From positions 73,167-137,166 of the IMG/VR virus record IMGVR_UViG_3300040959_000769: a DNA stretch of 64,000 bases; one strand, written 5' to 3'. The notes below the pieces were generated by a model. That model did not search any database. It worked only from the letters and a program-made list of their open reading frames with translations, and had not been told where the DNA came from. The position numbers and the translations under genes are program-made. This stretch comes from a virus. This document shows positions 9,284 through 18,164 of this stretch, piece after piece. Positions within the stretch are counted from its first letter, which is position 1. The number at the start of each line of letters is the position of its first letter.

Positions 9284-10449
9284 CACGCCAACGAATGTTT
9301 CTTGACATGACATGTGTTGACGCTGCACGCGAGCGTATCCGACACGTCTACGACACCTTTGACACAGTATGCGTCCAGTTTTCAGGAGGCAAAGATTCAA
9401 CTGCCGTCCTGTACCTAGCGAAAGAAATCCACGAAGAACGAAACCTCGGACCAGTCAAAGTCATCTTCAGAGATGAAGAAATGGTCTCACCCGTGGTGGT
9501 TAAATATCTTGAAGAAGTAAGAAATTACGACTGGGTGGACATGGAGTGGTACTGCTTGCCACAGGGTCAAGAGATCTGGGTTCTAGGTCGAAGAGAGTAC
9601 TGCTTGCTTTGGTCAGAAAAACGCGCAAAAGAAGGTCGCCTGTACCGGGAGATGCCGGATTGGGCTATCCGCGCAGAACACTTCGGTCTGGATCCGAGTA
9701 AAACCATCACTCAATCAATTGACTACTACACGATGCAGGGGAAGAAGGGAAGAACCGCATTCCTCACTGGTGTTCGTGCGAATGAGTCCATGATTAGGTA
9801 CAGGTCATGTGTTCAGAAACTCCACGAAAACTACATCAACATCCCTTACAGGATGAAAAAATCAATACCGCTTCGGTTCGCCAAAATCATTTATGACTGG
9901 ACTACAGATGATGTGTTGAAATTCATCAGTGAAGAACACAATGCTTCCTACTGCGAATACTACGACCTTGCTGCGATCACCAAATCAAATACTCGTGTTG
10001 GTATCCCTCTGCATGCAGTAGCAATCCGGCGGATAGGCGATGTGGTCGCCACCGAGCCCGAATTCTACGACCGGCTATACGAATGCTTCCCGCAAATTGA
10101 CACGCAACGTCGCTGGTGGCCAGAGTTTGACATTGAGAACATGATAAAAACGTATGCAACTCTCGGGTGGGAGGGCGTCAAGTTATGCATTGACGACAAC
10201 ATGCTCACGCCAGGCATCAGGAAACGAGCTTTAGCGTTTTCTGCCGAATTTAGAAAGAAGCACACAAAGGATCCGTACTCGTATCCGATCTCTTGGCTGA
10301 TTCGCAACCTGCTTCTCAACGAGTTCAACATCTCATCAGTGAGCCCTGTTGGACCAAAAACTCGAGCCCATACCGTACGAATCGCAGAAGAGGAAGCCAA
10401 CGAACTCGCAGCCTTGGATGCACTTGACTATCAGGATGACAGCCGATGA
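9280..10449 (+). CDS. PAPS-reductase-family (IbrA/YbdN-like) PP-loop protein
   Basis: VQFSGGKDS PP-loop, EWYCLP, GVRANES..R, IYDWTTDDV. Confidence 0.85.
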   Translation: MTRQRMFLDMTCVDAARERIRHVYDTFDTVCVQFSGGKDSTAVLYLAKEIHEERNLGPVKVIFRDEEMVSPVVVKYLEEVRNYDWVDMEWYCLPQGQEIWVLGRREYCLLWSEKRAKEGRLYREMPDWAIRAEHFGLDPSKTITQSIDYYTMQGKKGRTAFLTGVRANESMIRYRSCVQKLHENYINIPYRMKKSIPLRFAKIIYDWTTDDVLKFISEEHNASYCEYYDLAAITKSNTRVGIPLHAVAIRRIGDVVATEPEFYDRLYECFPQIDTQRRWWPEFDIENMIKTYATLGWEGVKLCIDDNMLTPGIRKRALAFSAEFRKKHTKDPYSYPISWLIRNLLLNEFNISSVSPVGPKTRAHTVRIAEEEANELAALDALDYQDDSR

Positions 10450-11003
10450 ATATGTTAGAAATTCAATGGGTTAACGGACAAGACCTTAACGCCGCAGAGT
10501 GGCGAGCAAACTACGTTTTGCAACCAGATCTTCGCGTGCTCTACCAAAGCATGAAAGATTACGGCTGGATCCAACCAATCATTGTCCAAAAGAAAACCAA
10601 CGTGATCATTGACGGTCACTACAGGTGGGAAATTGCTGGCTCCCTGAAACCGTTTGAAAAGAAATACAAGTCCCTTGTACCCGTGGTCTACGAAGACTGT
10701 AGTGACACAGAGGCAATGATGATGCACCTGCGACTCAACAGGGGTCGGGGGTCTGTTGCAGGCAAACAGATGGCACGAATCATCAGAAAAGTAAAAATGT
10801 CACGCAAGTACGATGAAAAAGATTTCAAGCGTTTACTTGCAATGCACTATGACGAAATTGACATTATGGTTGATGGAACCCTTCTGAAGAGTAGGAATAT
10901 CGCTGATCACAAGTATTCAAACGCTTGGATACCAGTTGAAGCGCCCGCAGATGCAACCGAAACGGCATCAATTATTGAACGCCCACCAAATGCGGATAGA
11001 TGA
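10446..11003 (+). CDS. ParB-like (IbrB-like) protein
   Basis: SMKDYGWIQPIIV...IIDGHYRW...LRLNRGRG; ATGA-coupled to the IbrA-like gene. Confidence 0.8.
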   Translation: MNMLEIQWVNGQDLNAAEWRANYVLQPDLRVLYQSMKDYGWIQPIIVQKKTNVIIDGHYRWEIAGSLKPFEKKYKSLVPVVYEDCSDTEAMMMHLRLNRGRGSVAGKQMARIIRKVKMSRKYDEKDFKRLLAMHYDEIDIMVDGTLLKSRNIADHKYSNAWIPVEAPADATETASIIERPPNADR

Positions 11004-11018
11004 TAAAATTTAGAAGTT

Positions 11019-11207
11019 ATGCCAACTCCATCCTTTTTACCTGACGAAGAAGTAAGCCCAGGAGATCGACGTCGTCGTCCTTCTTGGTGGCGTCGTGCCC
11101 TTGCAGCACTTCTGCGTTCACTTGGCAGAACAAGTCGCCCAGGTCAGTTCCGAGATCTCGCCCCCCGCAGATTCGGCGGTGCAGGTCGCGGTGGCGACGA
11201 AATCTGA
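11019..11207 (+). CDS. Small Arg-rich protein with amphipathic helix
   Basis: 62 aa containing RRRRPSWWRRALAALLRSLGR; preceded by TGaTAAAAT at 11001-11009. Confidence 0.5.
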   Translation: MPTPSFLPDEEVSPGDRRRRPSWWRRALAALLRSLGRTSRPGQFRDLAPRRFGGAGRGGDEI

Positions 11208-11248
11208 TGCTAAGGTGATTTGATACTCGCACCTGAAAGCATTGGTTA

Positions 11249-12316
11249 ATGAAAATTGGGATTGCATCCAACGACTGGTCGCGAACAGTCTTCAATCAGT
11301 ACGGAAACGTTCCAGGCGGAGCTAACTACATCCGCCTACAGCAATGGCAACGCCACTCTGAACACAAGTATGTCTCTGGACTTTTAGCAACTCACCCGAA
11401 CAAAGGTTTCGGAATTGTTGACCATCGAGGAACTCAGCACTACGACATTGATGTAGTGATCATGCAGCGAATCATGCATCGTCAATTGACAGAAGATCTA
11501 ATGAGCCCCAAAAACAGAAATAAATTAGTTATCAATGATTTAGATGACTGGTACTGGGGTTTGCATCGCGACAATCTTGCTTATCAAAGACTGCAAGAAA
11601 ATGCTGACAGCGACGAAACACTTGACTACTACAAAAGCAATATAAAACTCTCAGATGTAGTGGTTGTCTCAACACCTTTCCTGTTTTCAAAGATGGCACA
11701 CGAATTCAGTATTGGATCAGACAAAGTCCACATGATTGAAAACAGAGTTGATACCGACAAGTACAAGAGAAAACCAATTTCATCAAAGAAGCCAATCCTT
11801 GGATGGGTCGGGTCAACGCTACACCGTTCCATGGATCTGGAGATATTGCAGGATTCACTATCCGACGGGGAATACCGCATGCACCACACCGGCTACGCTG
11901 GTGGACCAACAATGGCAAGCAAAATAGGCATTGATCCAGGAAGAGTCACAACATCACCGATGTTCGATCCGTATCAGTATGGTCAGAAAGCCTTCACATC
12001 CTTTGATGTCGGGCTTGCACCTCTTAACGATGTTCCGTTCAATCACGCCAAGTCATGGATCAAAGCGATCGAATATGCCGCCGCAGGAATCCCATTCGTA
12101 TGTTCGGACATCAGCGAATACCGGCGTCTGCAAACCACATACGGAATAGGTCGTCTAGCTTCAACATCAGACGAGTGGAAACAACACCTCGCGGAACTAA
12201 AGAACCACTCAGTCAGGAAAGAAGAATCAGAAAAGGTCTACAAAACGGTACGTGAGCATCTTGACGTTCGTGAAATGGCCAAAGATTGGGATGCTTTAAT
12301 TAGCAACTACACGTAG
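11249..12316 (+). CDS. Glycosyltransferase, GT-B/GT4-like
   Basis: VINDLDDWYW, ILGWVGS, FDVGLAPL...FNHAKSWIKAIEYAAAGIPFVCSD. Confidence 0.85.
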   Translation: MKIGIASNDWSRTVFNQYGNVPGGANYIRLQQWQRHSEHKYVSGLLATHPNKGFGIVDHRGTQHYDIDVVIMQRIMHRQLTEDLMSPKNRNKLVINDLDDWYWGLHRDNLAYQRLQENADSDETLDYYKSNIKLSDVVVVSTPFLFSKMAHEFSIGSDKVHMIENRVDTDKYKRKPISSKKPILGWVGSTLHRSMDLEILQDSLSDGEYRMHHTGYAGGPTMASKIGIDPGRVTTSPMFDPYQYGQKAFTSFDVGLAPLNDVPFNHAKSWIKAIEYAAAGIPFVCSDISEYRRLQTTYGIGRLASTSDEWKQHLAELKNHSVRKEESEKVYKTVREHLDVREMAKDWDALISNYT

Positions 12317-12317
12317 G

Positions 12318-13070
12318 TCACAAGAAATACAAAGCCCCCGACCCGCCGTGGCGAGCATATCTATCCTTCATCGTTTCACTCTCCATCTCTGACTTCCTCA
12401 CCTCGTAAGGAGGTAAAGGTCCGCGATGAAATTCGTGAGAATAAGTCCCACAGTAATGACCGATCAAAGTTGGCCGATGTGGGTTTGATCTAACTCGAGA
12501 TCCACGGTGGTAGGTCTGGGAGTGCCAACCTACGACATCACCCTTGCTGCCTTCAAAACGATAAATCTTTGGCTTCTTCTCCGCAATTTCAACCAAGATT
12601 CTTTGATTGACAATCTCGTCCTCAGCGTCTTTGTGATTTTCTCCGTCAAAAGAAATATGTTCCCACTTGTGAGAACCAACGATCAACTCAAAAGGTCCAG
12701 ACTGGTCGTCAAGTTCACCCAAAGCGACAATCACGCCAACATAAGTTGAGTTGGCATGAGGATCAGGCAGCAAAGCGTCCTTGTGCCAGCCGCACTGGGT
12801 GGATCTCTGCATGGTCATTTCTACGTGCAGAGCTGCCGCCATCTCAATTTCTTCAAAGGCACTTTCAATGGCTTGATGGCAAAGCACGTCAAGAATTTCC
12901 GGGTGCTCCAAGTATTTCGTGCTACGTCCCCATCCGTCAAGAGATTCACCATGGTTATGTTGGTACATCTCCAAATATGAATCAATAACCTCCCCAGGGA
13001 TAGCGCTTTGCAACACAAAAAATCCGTCTTGCTCGTACTGCTCCGCAACGCTTCTTTTGTCGTTCATCAT
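12318..13070 (-). CDS. PhyH-family Fe(II)/2OG dioxygenase
   Basis: GWHKD, ALGELDDQSGPFELIVGSH, GDVVGWHSQTYHRG. Confidence 0.85.
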   Translation of the reverse strand: MMNDKRSVAEQYEQDGFFVLQSAIPGEVIDSYLEMYQHNHGESLDGWGRSTKYLEHPEILDVLCHQAIESAFEEIEMAAALHVEMTMQRSTQCGWHKDALLPDPHANSTYVGVIVALGELDDQSGPFELIVGSHKWEHISFDGENHKDAEDEIVNQRILVEIAEKKPKIYRFEGSKGDVVGWHSQTYHRGSRVRSNPHRPTLIGHYCGTYSHEFHRGPLPPYEVRKSEMESETMKDRYARHGGSGALYFL

Positions 13071-13852
13071 TCTCCCGAGTTATGCATGTTGGCTCGATAC
13101 CAGCCGGAACCGTGCCACCGCATATCTGGATCGCGTTCCATTGATTCGACTACTTCACTAAGTTGTGGTCGTTCTGTTGACTCTGACCAAGTCCAATGAT
13201 TGGAAAAATGCCCAATCAATGCTGGTCTCGGAATGTTCCTACGTGGCGGAGAACCGCGATGAATTACCCTGCTGTTCCAGAACAGTGCATCGCCCTTCTT
13301 CGGCATGAAAGTTGTGACCTCATGTTCGTTATTATCCATCGCCATTTGACACATGTGGAGCATCCCCAAGCGATTGTCTTTGCCGAACGATATGTCAAGA
13401 TCCCAGCGATGAGAACCCTTCAGGTATTGGAATGGACCTGAACCCTCATCAATGTCAGCCAAAGCGATCCACACTCCAAGATATTGATCTGCACCGTTGG
13501 GATTGTCGTTGAGTTCATCAACGTGCCATCCGGTGTTTGACGATCTCCAGTAGGTCAGATCGGAGTGCAAGGCAAGGCACATGTCAAGTTTTGTGAAGGT
13601 GTCCGAAATTGACTGATGAAGAAGCAGATCTCGAATCTCCGGATACTCCAAGTACATCTGGTCAATGCCGGTGAAGCGCTGATGGTTATCGTCAAAGGTG
13701 AAGGTTTTGTGCCAAAAGTTGTTGACGTAGTCATCAATGACCGCATGCGGCACCAAACCAGGGCATTCAACTACCCCGTTTTTTTGAAATGTTTGGAGAA
13801 GTGTTTCAGTTTTGCCTGTCAAGGTGGACGATTGCGACAATTTTTTCTCCAT
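13067..13852 (-). CDS. PhyH-family Fe(II)/2OG dioxygenase (paralog of neighbour); start uncertain
   Basis: GWHVD, WIALADIDEGSGPFQYLKGSH, GDALFWNSRVIHRG. Confidence 0.85.
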   Translation of the reverse strand: MEKKLSQSSTLTGKTETLLQTFQKNGVVECPGLVPHAVIDDYVNNFWHKTFTFDDNHQRFTGIDQMYLEYPEIRDLLLHQSISDTFTKLDMCLALHSDLTYWRSSNTGWHVDELNDNPNGADQYLGVWIALADIDEGSGPFQYLKGSHRWDLDISFGKDNRLGMLHMCQMAMDNNEHEVTTFMPKKGDALFWNSRVIHRGSPPRRNIPRPALIGHFSNHWTWSESTERPQLSEVVESMERDPDMRWHGSGWYRANMHNSGE

Positions 13853-15371
13853 CGGTGCATGCGAGAGATTCGTACACGAGACTACCATCAATCAACATTG
13901 CATCCCCAGAGCAGGGCTTATCTAAAATTGTTGTGCCTTCTTTTTCGCGTATCACAATGTTTCCATTTTTGTAATCGTCGTTCAAGAAGAAAATCAGTGT
14001 CGTCGTTCCCGCCATCTCAACGTTATATGTTTCACCTTCTGGCGCACCAGCACCAGATCCTTCAACGAACTTCATGTGCGACAAGGAATTACCCAGGTCG
14101 TAAGCAAGATGCCTACATCCAAAGAATTCATCTGCATGTTTGATTACTTGAGCTATTGAATCGCCGATGTTTTCATACAAAACATTTGAGTAATGCGCTT
14201 CGTTTACGAGGTGTAGATGTGTTGACTCGGGAGGTGAGTCCGGACGCAGATTTTGCCATTCTGCTGATTTTAGGTTTGGGTAAATCTCTGAAGAGTCAAA
14301 GCATTCCTCAATGATGAGTACGCCTTCAACTTCAGGTGTCTTTAAACGCATTGTTTTGTCTTTCTTCACAAGAGATGAATCAACAAGTCGTCTTTCCATC
14401 GGATCCGCCTGTGTGCCAACAGCGAAACACCAGTTTCCACGGAAGCGTCGTTGCCCCTCCTGCATTCCACCCCTGACTCCGTGAGCCATTCGGAACAGGT
14501 CAGGCAACGCAAAATCACCTTCATCCCATTTATGCCACATCTGGATGTCGTTGTTGTAAGTAATTTCTTCAGTGATCTTCACCATCAGGCGATCGAAAAA
14601 TTCAATTTCTTCTTTTGTGGGTTGCCTGCCGTCAAAGAGAACTAGATGATCTTGGATGCCCCAAGGCGCACTACATGGGCAAACGCGCAGCGTGTCTCTG
14701 CCTGATGCGGGGTGAGGGTCTACGGCTTGCCTGGAGTAAGAATTGATGTAAGAGTCGCCATCAATCATGGTGACTTTGTCGCGTTTTGCCTGCACAAAAA
14801 GATCTGCCATGGACAGGTTTTCGTCATAGGGGGCTTCATAAATTGCCTCTATGAATTTTCGACTCAGTTTGTAGGGGTCGCCTTGTTGCCAGTTGGGAAC
14901 GTGAATGATCCTGGACTTTTTTAGGAATTCTTTTTCCGGCTCAGCAAGATCGTCGTACATCTTGCACATATCAACGAGCCCGGTTTTCCCGAATTCGCTA
15001 CTGCACGCAAAAAGCTCCATGTTCCACCCGGCGGCATACTGTGGCCACCGCATAGCAACGCCTTCTACATGCCATTGGATTAGATCTTTTTCAGGTGAGT
15101 TGACGCCATCCTCTTCGTCCTGCCTGATCGCCTTATCGTGATCCTGCATGTATGGCCAACTAAGAGTGTCTTCGCGAGGTCCGTTGTCATCAGTTGCGAA
15201 AGCAGTGAAGTTCAACTCGGGGCCAAGCGCTCTAAAGATTTTCACTACTTCAGCGTCAGAGAAGTACGCTTTTTTGAAAACGATCATTCCATGCTGCTTG
15301 TAAGCAGCGGCGTACAAAGATGGGTTTTCAACTACTTGCTCAACTGTGTGTTGATCAAATTCAACAATCAT
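13806..15371 (-). CDS. TauD/TfdA-family dioxygenase fused to a degenerate P4H-like domain
   Basis: N-terminal part: HGMIVFK, WHVEG, TGLVDM..MYDDL, HKWDEGDFAL...AHG..RR. C-terminal part: LIFFLNDDYKNG...PCSGDAML without the HxD/H ligands. Confidence 0.75.
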   Translation of the reverse strand: MIVEFDQHTVEQVVENPSLYAAAYKQHGMIVFKKAYFSDAEVVKIFRALGPELNFTAFATDDNGPREDTLSWPYMQDHDKAIRQDEEDGVNSPEKDLIQWHVEGVAMRWPQYAAGWNMELFACSSEFGKTGLVDMCKMYDDLAEPEKEFLKKSRIIHVPNWQQGDPYKLSRKFIEAIYEAPYDENLSMADLFVQAKRDKVTMIDGDSYINSYSRQAVDPHPASGRDTLRVCPCSAPWGIQDHLVLFDGRQPTKEEIEFFDRLMVKITEEITYNNDIQMWHKWDEGDFALPDLFRMAHGVRGGMQEGQRRFRGNWCFAVGTQADPMERRLVDSSLVKKDKTMRLKTPEVEGVLIIEECFDSSEIYPNLKSAEWQNLRPDSPPESTHLHLVNEAHYSNVLYENIGDSIAQVIKHADEFFGCRHLAYDLGNSLSHMKFVEGSGAGAPEGETYNVEMAGTTTLIFFLNDDYKNGNIVIREKEGTTILDKPCSGDAMLIDGSLVYESLACTDGEKIVAIVHLDRQN

Positions 15372-16036
15372 TTTTCGTCGTCGTATTCCTCAGCCAAGAA
15401 GTACTCAATCGCTGCTCGAATACGTTTCAACCCTTCTTTTGGACCGTATTCGTCGTAGCCGGTCTCAAAGTTTGCTGGCAGCAGGCACCCGTTAGTGAAT
15501 CGTGCTCGCCGCTTGCCGTCACGGGAAACAATAAACTTCTCAAAGTTGCCCAAAATCAACGAACCTGGATCAATACCAAGCCTCTTATAGATGGGGTGTG
15601 GCTCAAATGAGCGGTCGTCGTCTTCTCGGCTGTAACGAGATTTAACCAACTCGGTGAACGGTAGACGGACTCGGTAGTTGTAAAAGGCGTAGTTGTAAGC
15701 CTCTTCAGCCGTGCTCGTCGAGTTGTTTGCAAAGTCGCCATACGCGAACTCGCAATAGTCGTTAGTTGGCACGCAAACAATTTGAAAACCCTGATCTTCA
15801 TAGTCGTATTGCAGAACCTGAAGCATCGGATACTGCATTGAGTTTCCGCACTCTCCTGTCACGTTGACAATCATGGTGACGTTACCGCGTTGATTAGTGA
15901 TCAGATCGCCTTCTTCGCTGTCAAAAGGCAAAAGCGGAATGTCGTAAACGCTTTCCCCGTCAGCAGTTGGGCCAAGATCATGTTCGGAGACGAGTAGATC
16001 CATCATTTCTTGTGAAATTGACTCAATTTTCGCCAT
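15368..16036 (-). CDS. Glutathione peroxidase-family protein (Cys type)
   Basis: IVNVTGECGNSMQY (active-site codon TGC), GFQIVCVPTNDY, NFEKFIVSRDG. Confidence 0.8.
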   Translation of the reverse strand: MAKIESISQEMMDLLVSEHDLGPTADGESVYDIPLLPFDSEEGDLITNQRGNVTMIVNVTGECGNSMQYPMLQVLQYDYEDQGFQIVCVPTNDYCEFAYGDFANNSTSTAEEAYNYAFYNYRVRLPFTELVKSRYSREDDDRSFEPHPIYKRLGIDPGSLILGNFEKFIVSRDGKRRARFTNGCLLPANFETGYDEYGPKEGLKRIRAAIEYFLAEEYDDEK

Positions 16037-16085
16037 GCAGGGATAATACCATTCCCTTGCTCCTCGGCGATAAAACCCCAAAATA

Positions 16086-16094
16086 TGCTACAAT
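16086..16094 (+). promoter_or_regulatory. Extended -10 promoter (TGcTACAAT) for the plus-strand small-gene operon
   Basis: TGCTACAAT 33 nt upstream of ATG 16128, with AGGAG SD. Confidence 0.55.
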
Positions 16095-16127
16095 CGGTGT
16101 TGCACCAGTGTTCTGTAGGAGACGAAG

Positions 16128-16379
16128 ATGGTAGCTCTCAACAATATCAACAATGACCAAAAACTCTATCATTTGAATCTTATCAAAGAGTCTGCTGAAG
16201 AGTTGATTATCGTTGCAGCGCTTCACGCTGGAGTAAACCCAGAAACCATTGACACTGGCACGCACCCACTGCCCGACAGTTTTGACACAGAGGCAGAAGA
16301 CTTCAACCAACTGGACGTCAACCTGGCGGAACGGGTCAAGCAGTACAACGATCTCGTCACGCGAATCAACTCACTCTGA
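16128..16379 (+). CDS. Small acidic helical protein, paralog 1
   Basis: 83 aa; gapless match to the next two ORFs (E..[IV]...[AL].[VI][ND]P). Confidence 0.75.
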   Translation: MVALNNINNDQKLYHLNLIKESAEELIIVAALHAGVNPETIDTGTHPLPDSFDTEAEDFNQLDVNLAERVKQYNDLVTRINSL

Positions 16380-16386
16380 GGTCAAA

Positions 16387-16599
16387 ATGATTTTCTCAAT
16401 CTCCAACGAAAAGAAAAGAAGCGCCGCACTCAATGGTGTTGCCGCATGCGAAGAAGACGTATTCATGGCTTGCATGTCACTCAACATCGATCCAGTATCA
16501 GTTGCTGACGACTATTCCAGCGATGACCCCTCCTACGAAGTATTGTCAGATGCAATGCAAAAACTCCGAGACGCAAAGGCGTACTTGGCAGCACTCTGA
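16387..16599 (+). CDS. Small acidic helical protein, paralog 2
   Basis: MIFSISNEKK...CEEDVFMACMSLNIDPVSV; GAGG SD. Confidence 0.75.
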   Translation: MIFSISNEKKRSAALNGVAACEEDVFMACMSLNIDPVSVADDYSSDDPSYEVLSDAMQKLRDAKAYLAAL

Positions 16600-16614
16600 C
16601 GCTAGGAGCACAAA

Positions 16615-16827
16615 ATGGCATTGTCAGCAGCTCAAATCGCTCAAGCGAGAAGCGAAGCCCAAGACTTCTTGGAGTACTCAATCTTCGTGCTTTGCACGTT
16701 TCTGGAAGTTGACCCAGAAACAGCAACGTCCGCAATGGAAATCCCCGTTTCCGAAGCAGATCTAAACTATTACAACTACGTCTCGCTGAAGCGACAATTG
16801 TCGGCATTTGAGGCTCTAACGGCATGA
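16615..16827 (+). CDS. Small acidic helical protein, paralog 3
   Basis: MALSAAQ...LEYSIFVLCTFLEVDPETA; AGGAG SD. Confidence 0.75.
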   Translation: MALSAAQIAQARSEAQDFLEYSIFVLCTFLEVDPETATSAMEIPVSEADLNYYNYVSLKRQLSAFEALTA

Positions 16828-17054
16828 AGTTTTCGTCACCTCACCTTCGAGCCGTTCTGGATGGGGATGATCGACATCCAAGCGAAATCGCTACATCAAC
16901 TGGACGCTTCGTGCCTGAGGAAGAAACACCCGAATCGGAAAGCGTCAACAACAACATGGGAGCCGCAATCACCTTCAACCCTTCCGTTGGAGCGCTTGAA
17001 CTTGCCGAAGAAGGTGCAGTCATCATCTGCGAAAAAGTTAGAAAAGACACCTAA
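16824..17054 (+). CDS. Small acidic hypothetical protein
   Basis: 76 aa, ATGA-coupled to the previous gene. Confidence 0.65.
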   Translation: MKFSSPHLRAVLDGDDRHPSEIATSTGRFVPEEETPESESVNNNMGAAITFNPSVGALELAEEGAVIICEKVRKDT

Positions 17055-17389
17055 TGGCCATCAGGACCTCAACTCCAACATCAGGCAAGGTTTATAGCCC
17101 TCAGGCGGAACTTGACTGGACAAGCACACACTTGCTGTCATGCTTCTACATCTTGGGTCTCACAGAAGATGATATGGATACATACACCATTGACGACCTG
17201 GTTGATCGTTGCACTTGGATGTTTGAGCCACACACCCTTGAGGCTTACCTGACTGTCTTAGGTAAAGAAAGATCATACGACCCCGGATTTTCTTTCGGCA
17301 GAAAACAGCGCAGTTGGATGGTTCTCCTAGTCAGAAGGTTCTGGCGTCGTCGCCATATTTCGCAGTACGAGGTGAACAGCGGTGTCTAG
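17054..17389 (+). CDS. Hypothetical protein with basic C-terminus
   Basis: 111 aa, TAATG-coupled to the previous gene. Confidence 0.65.
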   Translation: MAIRTSTPTSGKVYSPQAELDWTSTHLLSCFYILGLTEDDMDTYTIDDLVDRCTWMFEPHTLEAYLTVLGKERSYDPGFSFGRKQRSWMVLLVRRFWRRRHISQYEVNSGV

Positions 17390-18155
17390 CAGCATTTTCC
17401 ATAAAGGCGTCGTTGCTCGAAGCCTTTCCACTAACCAAACTGGAACCACTTGGGAAGACGAGTTGAGCGTTGTGCGCGACTACTCCCGCCTCGCCGATGC
17501 GGCAATTACTGCCGCCAACGCTGACATGCGACAAGCTGCCGTTGGTCGAGACTGGTACTTCTGGAAATATTCCACGTGGCTAGGTGAACAAGACAACACA
17601 TGGCTTGAATACGCTTGGCGCAACTACGTAGCAGTTAAATCTCTATATGGCGTTCTGAAGCCAAGAGACTTGGAAACAACTGAGAAAATTCTCATCTCTG
17701 GATCTTTCCCCATCCAGATGCACACGGCACACATGCAGGCAGGGACAAAAGATTATTACTGGTTGAACTCACTTGAAACCAGAATCATGGAAGACACGCT
17801 GAACGAGAACGGAACCATCCCCAATCAACCAGAGTGCTCCTACAAAATCATTGACTTTGAAGACTTTGAGCAAGGCACAGTAACGGAATTTTTTGATTCA
17901 GCCCGCCTGCACACCCATGACTTCCTGACCCCGAACCTAAATCTGGTTGACAACATGCTTGACTCAATCAGGGTAGGCGGAATCATGATGATTTACGATC
18001 TTGCTGAATTCGGCGCTTTGTACGAAGACGGCATGCGCGCCCACGAAGAGCGAATGCACCGGATCAACCGCCGTATTGCCCAACGTGAAGACTACGAGGT
18101 GTATCACTTGGCACACGACGAGATCGGTACAGTTCTTGCCTACCGCATCGGCTAA
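17382..18155 (+). CDS. Hypothetical protein, possibly class I methyltransferase-like fold
   Basis: C-terminal LVDNMLDSIRVGGIMMIYD resembles the end of O-methyltransferase folds; no clear GxGxG motif I. Confidence 0.35.
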   Translation: MSSSIFHKGVVARSLSTNQTGTTWEDELSVVRDYSRLADAAITAANADMRQAAVGRDWYFWKYSTWLGEQDNTWLEYAWRNYVAVKSLYGVLKPRDLETTEKILISGSFPIQMHTAHMQAGTKDYYWLNSLETRIMEDTLNENGTIPNQPECSYKIIDFEDFEQGTVTEFFDSARLHTHDFLTPNLNLVDNMLDSIRVGGIMMIYDLAEFGALYEDGMRAHEERMHRINRRIAQREDYEVYHLAHDEIGTVLAYRIG

Positions 18156-18164
18156 TATAAATAC

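Noticed and set aside
15368-16036. Selenoprotein GPx
   Set aside because: The active-site codon is TGC (Cys), not TGA.
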